A DNA stretch of 63,508 nt, filler included, from Atractiella rhizophila (lineage: Eukaryota), in the NCBI GenBank assembly GCA_021432655.1. It is 10 parts of 9 records of this genome, joined end to end, with 100 filler letters (N's around TTAATTAATTAA, not from the genome) between each part and the next. Parts side by side here need not be neighbours in the genome. Positions count along the whole stretch, not along the records: positions 42,088 to 49,167 come from MU272240.1; positions 49,268 to 56,346 come from MU272241.1; positions 56,447 to 63,508 come from MU272242.1; 7 more parts are not named here. The stretch is one strand, 5' to 3'. The notes under the pieces are model-generated. The model saw only the letters and a program-made list of their open reading frames with translations. It ran no database searches and had not been told where the DNA came from. Below are positions 48,837 through 62,499 of the stretch, one piece after another (the first letter of the stretch is position 1; each line of letters starts with the position of its first letter). The translations under genes and the position numbers were made by a program.

Positions 48837-51379
48837 TAACTAACTCAGCTCCACCGAACTTGATGCCAGAGGAAGCAGCGCACCTTGATCCAATAATTAA
48901 CAATATAAGGTATCTTTGTCTTTTTCTAGCTCTCTAAGCAGGTACAACAGCCGCTTCGTCCAGTTGAAGAACGAATTGTGCACAATGTTCCCTCGGGCGG
49001 GCGGACGCGTCTGGGAAGGGCTTCTAATTTGTCCACAATCGATCAGGAGCTACAAAATCATGTTTAAGGAGGAGAGTAAGAGGATAATGATGGGGTTGAA
49101 TAGAGCTGGAGTTGCTGGACCAGGGAAAACTGATTGGTTGTTCGGAGCCAGAACAACATTGCGTTGCNNNNNNNNNNNNNNNNNNNNNNNNNNNNNNNNN
49201 NNNNNNNNNNNTTAATTAATTAANNNNNNNNNNNNNNNNNNNNNNNNNNNNNNNNNNNNNNNNNNNNTCTAGAAGCAGACTGTGTGAGGATCTTGACAAC
49301 CTTATACTCTGCTGCCTTTGACCTGTTCTAAGTCAGAATATCATAACTAATTCTGTGTGCTGCTCCATACCTCAAATCCCTGCATAACCAGAACGTCGAT
49401 GTAGCCCAAAACCTACCTTTGAAACGATCTGATAATGTGTATTTAAGACTCAGCCAATCCGTGCTGGGTAGCATTGGGGAGGATGATAAGAAGGAAGTGT
49501 TTCTTCGTCAAGCAGAGTGGTCTCTGTATTACTTGGAAACCAGGTGTCAGGAATGCTCGAGGATGTATCATACCCGGTGCACCATAGGAAGCGTTGGCTT
49601 TAGAATTAAGGAGTTCAACGAGGAACTGAGGGAGAATCGTCGCATGATGGCAGCAAGAGCCTGAGACGAGAAGAGTGCAGGGGATCAAATCGAAACCCTA
49701 CTCAGCTGCCCAGCAAACTACAGTTGGTATATCAGAGTCATTACATCAATGATGTCCCTGTCAACAAACCATGCCAAGCGGAAGGCGTAATGTGTTCTGT
49801 CTTCTAAGTTGGACTGCATATGAATCCTTTTCATACTATAGTATTCCTTCGGGTTGCAGTGTTTGAAGCTGTTGAAGCCTCAAGGCTGCAAAATCTCCAG
49901 CTTTGAAATTTTCCAGTTTTAAGCTTCCAAAACTTGACGCTTTTCGTCCCAGCCGTGAAAGAAGAACGGTAAGTTGTGTAAGGTGGCTACATCAAATTTT
50001 AGGCAACCTTCCTTCCGCTGGCACCAACTCTGGGTTCTCGAAGCACAACAACCATCAAGAAGAAAAGCATGGCTAGAGCGTTCAGAGCCACCCCCTTGCA
50101 AAGAGGCAGTTCATCTAGATCGGTGGTACTGGCCCACCACACATTCAGGCCACGGATGGGGGTGAGTGGGTCCCGTTCGCCACGAAGTTTGTATCCACAT
50201 TTCAGACCAAGTGCGTAAAATATTTCACAGGAAGTGCCCAAATGCGAAGATGGCGATGTGCAGGATGAGCGCATTGTTGCTATCGGTTGCCAGTAAATAG
50301 CGCCCACTCTCCTTACCATCTAAGGAGGTATTTTTAAAACAACCTGAGCGGCCTAGTCACCTGACTCAGTCGTGAAAACATTTTTTTTTTTGTGTTTCAA
50401 ATAGTCTTTGCTGTACACAGTTTGAAAGGCGCCTACACGCGTATTCTGGTGGTATACTTAGAATTTTGAAAGGGTTATTGTGGGCGGTGATGTAAGCGCT
50501 CAAAAGTACAGGTGTCTGTCATGGTCAAAACCCGTCATGCTTTTATCTAAGGAAGTGAACCAGCTAACCATGGAACCAGGTCGTGACAACCTCGGTGTAT
50601 CTATTGTGACAAGTGATGATCGATAACAAGTCCAGAATCACGGTGCGGAAACCATCGAAGTTGGGTCAAAGTCAGTTAGCTGCAAGGGAGAGTATTGTGA
50701 AATTCGAGCGTCCAGCTAGAGAATTTCTGGGAGCTCCCCATCTCTCTGGAGAGCCGCGTACTAGAGTGTATTTGCAATGTGGACTGTCTTCCCCTGCTTG
50801 ATCTATCCCTCAGAGTCCTCAGCTCAGAGTGGTACTAGTAAGCGTTGGGCAGTGGAGATCACGTGAATCTCACCCAGCAGCAAAGGGAGAGAAAGATTTA
50901 GTTAGGGCTGGTAGCAAGTAACAATGGAATCAGAGCACAAATCAGAAATCCGAGAAAAGTGTGCCAAACTTGCTGAGCTCAAAGAGGCACGGGCACATTG
51001 AGAAGCAGAGCGACGGGGCTGCAGCCAGTGGCGGTGATGGGTAGGGATGAGCAACGGGGCGGTTACGTGATGGGTATGGGCGCTTCCATAAGTCTCTTCA
51101 CATCTAACAAATGGCGGGTGGGTGTGTCAAGGTGGTTTGCAAAGCTGGGACGCGCGTTGATGTGACGGGTAACAGGTCTAGGACGGGTTTCCACCTCACA
51201 TTATGCAATAAAAATGTTGTCTTTGTGACCTAAAGGTTGGATAGCTAGTGTAAGTTAAGATAAAAGTGTTCTTAGCCACAAAAAAGAACCAAAGAAAAGA
51301 ATAGGATATTTTTGCAATGAAACATTCAAACCGCTTTTAGCCCATCCATGTTCATTTAGCCATCTCAGCCAGAGCTACC

Positions 51380-51990
51380 TTCAGCTCCCTCTTCTTTTGG
51401 CCCCTCTCTAATCGTAACTGAGCCTCGAGGACCATTAAAGGTCGGATGGTATCAGGTTTGACATGAGCACGGCGGATGCCTATTGTATCGCGTGCTCCGC
51501 TGAACATACGTTCGACTGCAACGGAACCTCCTGCCAGTGCATGTAATGGTCAGTTTTGAGAATTTGAACAAAGGGAAGATTTAGTACATGGAGACAAACC
51601 TGGAATAGAAAGAATGTCTCGGGCCATTTGAGACTACTCCTTCATTCCAGTTTTTGACCTCATGCGATAAGTCTCCAATGGATCCTCTGACCAATCAACC
51701 AAAGAAAGACTAAAGCAAAGGTTTTGCTGCAGGTCCTCATCCTCTAGCACTGTCTTTGATTGTTGGCAACCTTCTGCATGAGCTTCGCTGAGTATGATAG
51801 CCTGGCTGCCGGTTCACTCTTCTCTTTGGACGGCTCTGGAGGAGACCAGTTGGAGGAAGGTCGACTTTTGCAAAGATAGTTGACTTTGAAATGTTCGATA
51901 AGGGCCGCTTTACTTGCTTCGATCATGTTCCTGTGTTTGTTGAAGATAGGGTTTGCGAGAAAGTAGTGGTTGAGACGGGGATCAAGTTAG
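51380..51990 (-). mobile_element. hAT transposase C-terminal part with dimerisation domain, degenerate
   Basis: LDPRLNHYF..; MARDILSIPG|GSVAVERMFSGARDTIGIRRAHVKPDTIRPLM matches the hATC motif. Stops and frameshifts present. Candidate TIR TAGGGATGAGCAACGG at 51042. Confidence 0.8.
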
Positions 51991-52439
51991 CGCACAACTG
52001 GAGCTCATGACGGTTCGGTGTCGTGGCAGAAGGGTGAAATTGGGTTTAACCCTGCGAGCGCTGATGGGATGGCCATTGGGAGGTAAAGGACATATTGGGT
52101 CCTGGTCGAGTCCATCTGGATGCTAGTGCCGAGAGCCGTTGAAACGCTGATGCCAAAGTTCAAAATGAAGGGGTGCAAGAGATCCTAACAGAGGAGATTT
52201 CTGGTATAGGAGAGATTATTTGATAGATGGACGAGCTGTGAATAGTCGCAGAGTTGACTAAAATGGCATAACGAGTGGAGGGAGACGTAGAGAAATGGTG
52301 TCAGCCTGGATAAAATGGAAGGGATTGACCCGGAGTGATGTAAACTTCTTGCAGAAGCAAAATATCGAAATTGGCGTGGACAGAAGAAAGGAGTGAGTGG
52401 AAAGTGGCTGGAGATTTTTGTGTGTTGTATTGAAAGACT

Positions 52440-54230
52440 CATAGACGGGCTGGGTTAAAGAAGGATGAAGCGAAGGAGTTTCCTGATGAGAGTTCGATGG
52501 GACTGTTTCCAAGACCAGGATCATCAGTGTTGGTAGACTGGTTGCTGGATGATGCGAGAAAGGGGTTACAGAATGGTGATCGGTTTTGTGTAGGGGAAGG
52601 CAGGATCGGAAGGGGAAGAGGAGGAGGGCTATTTGGAAGTAGGGGAGATGGAGTGGGAAAAGGGAAAGGGATAGAAGAGGAATGAAAAGAAACAGGGGAA
52701 CTTAGCTGGGTAAAAGTGTCTTCGGGAACAGGTGTAATGCTGTCGTTTATTTCAGATAGAATCTGGAAGAACCAACTTGAATTTGATGCGAGACCTGCTT
52801 CGTTCAGGACATTGCTCTCCGAACCTTGCAAAGAGTGTTGTGTTTTGTAGAATTACATAAAGAACACTTAATTGGTCTATAGGAGCAATATTGTGCATCA
52901 TGACATGGAATTGTATTTGCACATAAGATGGAGCATGACTTCGTGAAGTGTGGGCCAGCACAAACCCCACAGGAAACGGGTGCCTTGCATCTCGTGGCGG
53001 TATGACCAGGTTGTTGACACTTAAAGCAACGGAGGACATTTCTGATCGATTTCTCCACCGTATACACTTTCCCGTCGATGACGAGACCGAACTCTATCAG
53101 TGTGTCGGCAGCTGAGGTGTTGTTGAAGACTATGATGAGGGAAGAGTGAGTTTTCACCTTGTCCTGATTGGAGGAGATTGGGTTCTTCTTAGTACAGCAC
53201 CAGGTTAACTTAGAGATGTGGTCGCTGAGATTAAGGTTGAAGGGCCCGATTCGTCTTCGAATCTCTTCTTCAGAGTCGACGTCGAAGAAGGTGGGGACGG
53301 CATGAACTATACCTGGGAAAGCTTTATGCTTGATGGACCATCCGCTCTCGAGGTGGGGAATCCACTGTTCCTGAGTCTCGATCGCGACTTGAACTTCAGC
53401 TGCGTCATAGAAGTGTAGGCGGAGGTCGCCGCTTTTGAGTCGTTGGGCTGCTCTTACTCTGACGTGCGGACTTTGCGAGGGGTCGGACGTGGTAGCACTC
53501 TCTTTCCCTGGTGTCTTTTTATAGACTGGACTTGGGATGTTTCTGGCCATGAAGAGGTCATTGAATATCATGACCAATTTCTGGGGCTCCTCTTTGATAA
53601 GGGTGCACTCCGGAATGGCTCCTTCTTGGAGCAGGTCGTCAGGAGGGGAGGCTGCCACAGGGTCCAGGCGGGCCTTCCAGGTGAGTGTGAGCTGTAGGGC
53701 CTCGTTAGCAGCGCTTTGAGCATGGGGGGAGGAAGGTTTTGGGTGGAAGATGGAGTGGGGGAGGAGAGAAGGTAAGTGCTTAGCATTGGGGGCGCTGTCT
53801 TCGCTCCCAACTAGCCGGATTGACAGATAATGAAAGTGCAGCTACTGCATCTTTCAGGTCTGCCACCTGTCCTTTTAGGCTTGATGGCAGAACCTATTTC
53901 TGCTGGAGAACTGAGTAGATCAGCCAGGTGGTTGACTAGGCTGTCAAGAAAGTCGAACTCCTAGTTCTTGAATGTCATCGATGTTTGATTTCTTTTCAGC
54001 CTGCATGTATCATAGAGGAAGTCTCGTAGGAGCTGTAGGACCTTCACGGGATCGTTGTGGTCGGTTGGGCTGGGGAGGAGGTCGGGTAGGAATCTTTTGG
54101 CTTTCGGTGTCTTGGACAGGAGAGGAGCATTGTTGGCATAGTCCGGGTGCTTTTTGTCCCTGACAGCAGTGGCCCATGTTGATGTAGAATCTACCTCAAC
54201 ATCCAATCTCGCTAGAGCAGGAGTTGGGGA
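52440..54230 (-). mobile_element. LINE (Tad1/Jockey-like) ORF1 gag-like remnant with zinc knuckles
   Basis: ORF 52804..53658: AQRLKSGDLRLHF, IVHAVPTFFDV, SSLIIVF, RCFKCQQPGHTATRC, CGVCAGPHFTKSC, KCSLC. Upstream in-frame remnants with stops; no ORF2 seen. Confidence 0.8.
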
Positions 54231-54399
54231 TGCTAGTTCCTCCCTTCCAGCTTGAGAGCCTGGTGGAACAGGGACCTGGAAGAGGTGGTACGGAGTTTGT
54301 TTGGGTGGAATTTTGGTGGAGTTGTTGGTAGAGGGGAAGAGGTTACTTTGTTTGTTAAAAATTTTTTTACTGAGAGGGTAGATTTTTGCGACGTTGGGT

Positions 54400-56346
54400 C
54401 GTTTTGTTTTTGCTCCACCAGAATTAAGCTGTTACAAACCAACATCTCATCAGTTACTTCACACATATGTTGTAGAACATAACTTCCTCCGCTTGTTCTT
54501 CTTCTTTGATCCATCTATTTTCAGAGGCAATATCTCTGCAATTTCATCGACATCAATTGCGTCAGGCTCTGGCTCCATCCTCAGGTTTTCATCCTCATCC
54601 TGCTCCTTTTGATCTGCTATAAAGAGCTAGCCATCAAATCAACTAAACCATTGGAAAGTAAGGTGGCATGGATGTGTTCTGCTACAGCACAGAGGCAGGC
54701 TTTTTGAGCACACAAAGTCACCTCAGGGACTGAGGAAACTTGCTGGACTCATTTCCAGAGGGTTACGAACGCTTTGAGCCCATCTTGATATCTGATGTTG
54801 ATAGGGGAATGAAGGGCACCTTCCTGAGAATGAGCATGGAAGGTATCATCATTATCTTCTGCCTACGAATCAAGCTGATCCAAAAGAGCGACAGTTTTCT
54901 TCTATAATGCTGACATTTTCTGTGGGACTATTAACATTGATATGGATACTGAGTGAAAATTGACTAGCGTACATCGTCAGCATGCTGTATGCTGAGGGAT
55001 TGTCATGCTAGCAGAGACCAACTTTGATGAATTTGTATCAGGGATTTTGCACAACCTTTAACTCCAATTCAACTAGTAACAGCCAGACTCACTGGCACTT
55101 ACTTGTCCCCCAAATCTTTCTTCTACTGCTACCCACTCAATGCTGTGCCATCCTTATTGTTCCACTTCAACATGTCGTTCAAAGTCATCTGATGTTGAAT
55201 CCTCCTATGGCCTTGTGCAGCCATTTTGAAGTGGAGGATGATGAAGGGGAGTTGGGGGCTTTTATGGGTCGGAGTGTGGGAAATATGTTACATTATTGTT
55301 TCATTTAACTGCAACTCAATGTATTCACACTTCCTGAAGATTAGAGCATCCAAGAGTACTTACTTCCATCTGGCGTGATAGAAGCACGATCAAATTCACT
55401 AGAACTAGTTGGACCAAAGTCCCACCAATGGACTAAACCTTTGAGCAACCTTATGCAGCCTAACTTGCTCCAGCTACTGTACTATACAGATCTTCTCAGT
55501 GGAAGGGTATGGATCGTAAATCGAGGTTGTATCGTATCGTACCGTCATGGGTGGTCAGATACCAAGGACGGTCAGATATGAGAACACATATCATACACAT
55601 ATTCCCTGGTCACGACTGGGACGATCCCCATCCCAAGTTGGTCATAAAAACTTTTCCTAAGAGACATCCTCAGCGAACACTCTAGTCTTATCATTCGGGC
55701 TCTCTATGACCCAGAGAGAGTGGCATTCCCAGCCCCATGTCCACGATATGCATCACCTATTGGAACTGTGAAGCTGATAGCCAATGTTCCAGGCATAGAA
55801 GCTCTGATATGTTCTCCAAATGCTGGAGGATTGGGAAAGGGTTTAATAGGTATACCATGCTCACTAGCAGGTTCAAGGTATTTTTCTTGGCCTTCTGCAT
55901 GAGATGAGTCCCACGTGCCACACACCTTTTTTCCTTCCACTTGTTTGACAACTGTTCGAGTCTCATGGTTGAATCCTCTGATGTATAGAGCATGGAAAGT
56001 CCAGCTGTCGAACTAAGCATCTGACCAGCCGTCGTGGAACTCATTTTCTCTCTGATATGAGTTTTCAAAGAGTTCTGTCCCACTGTCTTCTGCCAAACTA
56101 GAGATGCCAACGAGTAGTACTTGCCAGTACGGGTACCCTTACTCACAAGTATCGATCAGCTTAGAGCCTGATTTGTAACTTGTTGTGATCTTTGACATAG
56201 GTACCCTTGCATTAACTTAGACTCTACTCGTCAACATAATTTTACAGTTTAGGTACATTAGTTGACACAGATGACTTATTATACATTACTTATGGCTTAA
56301 ACACCACTATTACTGTATCTCGGCGCCAGATAGAGCCATTTTGAAT
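54400..56346 (-). pseudogene. Heavily decayed coding remnant, probably the 5'/middle part of the hAT transposase
   Basis: Fragmented same-strand frames with an acidic stretch followed by KRRKL, lying upstream of the hAT C-terminus. Motif support is weak. Confidence 0.3.
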
Positions 56347-59186
56347 NNNNNNNNNNNNNNNNNNNNNNNNNNNNNNNNNNNNNNNNNNNNTTAATTAATT
56401 AANNNNNNNNNNNNNNNNNNNNNNNNNNNNNNNNNNNNNNNNNNNNTACTGGGGGCAAGTTCGCAAATTGTCTGTCATCACAAACAAAGAGGTGCTCTGG
56501 CACCTTGTTTCAGTTTTAACATGTATTGTGGGAGACAAGAGTGATTGAAGGCAGAAATCTGTCAAGGAAGGGTGGATTGAATACATATTGAGCCAGACAG
56601 GATTCAAAATTAATATCGGGTGAAGAGGAAGTCTTAAATCCAATAATCAATAATCGTTGATTGTCGGTTCGCAGCCTTACTTATGTCATCAGTGCCATTC
56701 GTGGGCAGGAGGAGAACTAACCTTGGGTCTCATAGCAAACTTGCAGCCAGTCTGCGCACGGAGTGCCATCTCCACAAAGTTAGGTTCAGTGGAAGTCTGG
56801 TGTACCACCTCTGTTTCGAAATCTGGAGCCTAGAAGAAGAAAAGCATATGTTGTGCTGAATCCTATTGTTGGAGGTACCGATTGATCCATTGTCGTGAGA
56901 TGACAAGCTCCATGCTTATGCTTGGGTGATGACGGCACGATGCCTGCTGAGGGTTGAGATTCATTGCTTAAAGATACGGCAAATCAATACTTGCCCAATT
57001 ATATATGTCTTCGAGATGAAAATGAGAACTACCACCATGTAAGTCATGTCTCGGTCAAAGGGTGCCACATACCTGCAAAATGATAAGCCATATCTTGTGA
57101 AGCCAGGAAGAGGATGAGTTCGAGGATTTGAAGGATTGATGTGAGCAGGTTGGCTCCGATGCCAAATTGGATTAAATGCTTCAGCGATATTTACACTCCC
57201 TACACCTACAATAACCAAGCAAGAAACCTACACACAATATCAGGTCTGTCGTTGCCTGAAGTTATATCAACACGGACCAGACATGGTAGAAGGAGACCGA
57301 CAAGAAGTCAGAGCTTCTCAGATGCTTCTTGAACGCCAGCATGAAAAAGAATGCAAAATGGCAATCGACAAAGGCGTATCCACCAAGCTGCAAGGAAGCA
57401 CCTGTTTCCATCTCACCAAAGTGATTTCAAAAACAAAATAAAGACATGCTAGCAATCGTGGTAGGGATCCATTGGCCGTCTTTGTTTCTTTTTAGACAGT
57501 CCGATCACGCTGCAATGAAAACATGAACACGCACTGGGCCTGGTAATGAAAATGTAACCAGCTTTGTGTCTTCTGAGTTGACTGAATGGGAAGAGAGAAA
57601 TGCTTCACTAAAGAGCGCGGCCACAACATGTGTAATAGACAGCGCGACAACAACGGCGAGACTGATAGACCAGAAGAGGATGTGCTTTGAGCTTTCTCGC
57701 TTCCTCAAATCATGGATTCGGCGAGCATGCAGGATGTGGCTTGTGAAGATGGATCAGAGGGGTAGTCAAGAGTCTAATAAGTGGTGAGGGGGGTATAGAA
57801 TGATGAGAGCAAGACGAACAGGACTATGATCGAGTGATCGGGCCGACTGATCAGCATCACTCAGTCTCCAGTGTATAACAATAATTACAAGGGAACCGAA
57901 CACAAAACCAGGAACGTCATGAAGGAATCAATCGAACCAAATAACCTTCACCATCCTGTCCATATGTCAAAGTTAATCCAATAATGAGTCCATGAAGGGG
58001 AAGTTATGAACGAGTCGGTCACATCGAGTAGTAGCAGGGCAGAATGTTCGAAGGCTTTGAGTTTGAGTTTGTTGTTCTGTTAGAACAGTGTCAGCATCGT
58101 TTCGATTAGTGTGAGAAGTAGACGGAGCACTTGTATGTTGTGGAAACGACGAAGAATTTTGAAACAATAATAAAACTAGTGTTCCAAAGAATGAGGAACA
58201 GCAAAGAGATGAAGGAGGGGAGACCTGAGCAAGTCCTCTTCCCCACAGACTAAAGGAGAGGACAACTGCAATGGCAATAGGCCATATGATTTCTCCATTG
58301 CACACCGGCGTGACCATGAGGAACTCGGTGGTTGTAGAACTGACCATCCTGGACGATATCCTACTGAAGTGTAACTGATGAGCAAGCGAACAGGGGTAAT
58401 TTTCCGCCTATTATGACCTGTCCTTTTTATGCCTTAGAAGTGGTTCGCATCTGGTTCCCGCCAGCCTTACTGAGTGAAGAAGAAGCAATCAGCAGCAGCA
58501 GTTGCAGAGTTGTGCCAACGGCTCTCTGTAGCAATTCTAAGAGCACACTCGCGCGTGACGCTGTTGCCCGAGAGTAGAGTTCGGTTGATTTTGTCGGGCA
58601 AGAGCAGACTTCGGTCTGCTTCACTCACACTGCTCGCCTATTTCTAGTACTCTTTCAAGAAGTTAAGCATGATCCCAACTCAGCAAGCGAAGAACCTGAA
58701 ACTCATCAGTTCACTCGACATTCGACATAGAATTCTGCTTGACTTGAAATGGCGCGAGAAACAAGCGATTGAGCACCATGCAGAGGTGAGGAACTGAGAT
58801 TGTAAGAAGCTGAACGTGACCGAACTTTAATCTCGATGTGAACTCTGCTCTGCCACGACAGAAGTGACAGAACTCTACTCTGGCGCGCCATAAACTGCTT
58901 CTGAACCATTAAAAAGAGCGAAAATCTAAAGTAAATCTGCTCACTCAAATCAATGACGCTCTCTAAACTGGGACCGTCATCCAAGACACCTTGTATCCAC
59001 TTCAGCGTGGCTTTATGTTCTGGTTCCTCAAATGTATAAGAGCCTGTGAGATATCCAGAGTGATCGAAAATTGAGCTCCGGTTGTGTCTTTGGACGAATC
59101 CTCTTCCAGCGTTAATCACCGACCTACCCAATCATGGTCACAATCACATCAAGGCCATCGATCCACCTACAGTCTCAACGGCCAGA

Positions 59187-59264
59187 TTCAAAGACCACCT
59201 TTTCAAAGACCACCTTTTCAAAGACCACCTTTTCAAAGATCACCTTTTCAAAGACCACCTTTTC
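59187..59264 (+). repeat. 15-bp tandem repeat TTCAAAGACCACCTT x5
   Basis: Five copies with one substitution; reads (FKDHL)5 or (FQRPP)5 in overlapping ORFs 59082..59609 and 59084..59302. Confidence 0.95.
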
Positions 59265-60954
59265 CCACCTCAAATCAAATTTCCGCGCCACCACAACAAT
59301 GATATGATCCTACCTCGAGAAAGTATCGACATTAATCGCCCTCTTCCCATTACTCCCACGACATCGTTTTACCAGCAAACTCGAACGCCACCGAGTGCTC
59401 GAACTCCTCCAACACCAAACTCGCGTCTTTCTCCCCGAGAGCGAGATGAGAACTCGAGTGTTCCCCCTGTGCCGCATATTTCGATTCTGGATTCTGACGA
59501 GTACTCTATGAGGACAACTAACATCGAATACATCGCTGCCCGCTCGAGACCGTTAGAGGAGAGGGATTTCTACCCTCAATATCCCCGTTTGCAGCATACA
59601 GTAATATAATCCCCGTTTCCAGTCTACTTTCACTCCTACCCTTCGATCTTCAGCTTATTTGTTGTTTTATCTGCTCCCTTGTTGTTAGTTATTGGCCGTT
59701 TGCTTGAAATATGAGGTCTATCGTGAGGTGCCGTATGGCCAAATAAGACAGGGAATGGGAGGTAGCTATTGCAATGCCAAGCCGCGAGATGGTGGTGTAT
59801 GTGACGCTTCAAACAAGCATATTAACAAACTCATACATATAAAACTGCCTAGAACATGGCACAGTTATTTCCAATAAGAGTGATGAGTCTACAATTTCGT
59901 CAGCATTGGCAAGTGTTCAAAATGGTCCTCATCACACACTGGATGAATGTCGGTCGCTTCTCCCCTCGAACTACTCTTAAATAAATGATGAACGGGATCC
60001 ATCCGAAATGCACGATCGCCTTTGCGACATCAAATGTCTTGTTCAAAGCGTCTAGAGCAAAGGTTTATGTCCATAGAAGTTGACTCAGGGGAACACGTAC
60101 CCTTCACATCTTCAGAAACCATGGCGTGTGCAGGATGACATGAGCCACATATTAATGCCTAATAATTCGAGAACTTACCGTAAATTTGTCGGAGTGAATG
60201 AAAAAGGAAGAACTGTTCTGTTGTTTCGTTGAGGAGGAGAGAAAGTGCCCTCAGGTTCCGATTTACCGCCCTTAAATCACATGACTATCCCCAGCTACCA
60301 CATTGACATTGCTTGTAGAGACTTCCTCTTCTATCACCAGACGTGCATGTCCCAAGATTAGCAATTTGATAACCACAAAGTTTGAATGGTCACCTAAACG
60401 TCATATTCGCGATGATAAAGGAAAGAGTGGTTCCGGCTTGGTAAGCTTCGTGCATCACCTTGCTGACTTGTTTCGCGATGTGTGGGGTTAACACCTTTCC
60501 CGGCCCTGCTACGAGATGTGCACAAAGTAAGCAATTTCTCAGCATGGGGTCAGCTTCATCGTAAAAAGGCAAAGTTACCTTACGAAACTCTGTCACGACC
60601 GGATGATGAAAACGAGCCGGAGGCCTTTGGTTTAATGATCATTTTGGAAACGATGAAATCTCAGTTCTTGGAAGTCGATATCCTAGCTACACCGGCGGGT
60701 GATAGAGCGTATTGGGCTTATTTCTCACTCATCCCCACCTCTCCCTGTTGCTACATACGGGCCCTCTGCTAGCATCAGCTAACTGCGTGGTCGGATACCT
60801 TTTCATTTAGACAGGCATCCTACATTCTACGCAGATGATGAGAAGCGTCCACATTAGATTCGCGGTAAGAACATAAAAGGAGGGAGGCGAGTACTGGTGA
60901 GTTCAAGCGTCCAATAAATCGAATCCGGTTGATTTATAAGAATAGCAGATCCAA

Positions 60955-61868
60955 ATGGTTGACTTTACGCTCTACTCTCACGATGCTGGACCAAATGTAG
61001 GGTCTTTGGGTCTTCTTGACAAGTACAACTGACACAGCATGACGTTTCTAGCCTTGGAAAGTTGCAATCGTCCTGGAATGCTTGGGACTTGATTATCAGC
61101 ATATATATATGGACTTCAAGAAGGGTTTGCGTCCTCTCTGTGTCGTCTAGTTCTGGCTACAATCGCAGACTCAGGGGAGCACAAAGGGCCGGAACACACG
61201 AAACTAAATCCAAACGGACGCGTACCGACGCTGATAGAACACAAAAACAACGACTTTACGATCTGGGAGTCATGTGCTATCATTACTTATCTGGCAGACA
61301 AGTAAGCTCGTCGGTATTGCGCCAGCAACCTTTGTAATGTTTGTAGATATGACACTGAGCGGAAGCTGTCTGCTGCTACTCCCGAGGATAAATTTATTGA
61401 GCTTCAATATCTTTTCTTCCAAGCAAGCGGGCAAGGCCCTTAGTAAGTATTGTAGTTTTAGTCTCAGATACTGTATACTCATGATTGCCATGATGCAGCT
61501 TTGGGCAATTCGGATGGTTCACATTCTTCCATCCGGAGAAGATTACTTCTGCTCAAGAGCGTTACAAGAATGAGATCAATCGTGTATGGAGTGTGCTTGA
61601 GGACATTCTGTCGAAGAAGGAATGGCTCGGCGGATCCAAATGCACTGTCGCTGATCTTTCCTTCATCACTTGGAACGAAATGGTTCGCTTTTTCCTTCTC
61701 CCTCATTCGTCAAGAGCTGAGAATGCCACCTGCTTAAAGGCTATCAACACAAAGGCCATTGATGACCCTGAGAAATATCCGAAGGTCTTTGAATGGCACA
61801 AGAAAATGGTGGAAATGCCTCCCGTGAAAAAGGTATTGGAGGAGAAGGCTGGAAGGCAGAAGCATTGA
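60955..61868 (+). CDS. Glutathione S-transferase, Ure2p-like class (multi-exon)
   Basis: MVDFTLYSHDAGPN|PWKVAIVLECLGLDY.., LNPNGRVPTLIEH..FTIWESCAIITYL, QYLFFQASGQGP, ERYKNEINRVWSVLE, KCTVADLSFITW, YPKVFEWHKKM. Confidence 0.9.
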
Positions 61869-62499
61869 TGGATGCGAATGGAAGATTAAACCAAGAAATG
61901 GGGATTATAACGAGTATTCAAAGGTCCTTTTGCGGAAGGACATGTTCTGCTCAAAGCTGAACTGTTCTTCGTCTCTAGGTCCAGAGTGAATTGAATTGAC
62001 ATCAGAACATCAAGCTCAGTAACCATTGGCTTCTGTTGCCCTAAAGAATAGTCTCGACCGAAAAACAATCACCCCCCAGCGTGAACTGAACGTGAACTGC
62101 GTCAGCAAGAAGGAACGCAACAGGGCTTTTACTCTTCTCCTTTGGGTCTCACTGAATGCGTTCGACCCTTAGGTCAGATCTAGATCTACTCGCCTTGCGG
62201 CCAAGGAAGGATTGAGCTTTCAGCTTGTCAAGCCCAACTTGGTACAAGGGTTTGAGGTTTTAGGTTATAACGGAGTGCCTACAAGTAATCTTGCCAAGTA
62301 ATCTTGCCATCACATGTTCGTGGGATTGGAGATTCCGAGAGCGTTATGAATAATAATAATATCATAGACTTCGGGTCCCTTTCGCAGGCAAGAGCATCAG
62401 TCAGGAATTATGGAGTATCATGTTGTTTGCCTCGTGCTATTTGCAGAAGAACAAAACATGCAATCGACGCACATTCCACAAGAATCCCAAACCAATGGC

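Noticed and set aside
49268..50330. Possible decayed transposon coding remnant
   Set aside because: No diagnostic motif found in any frame.
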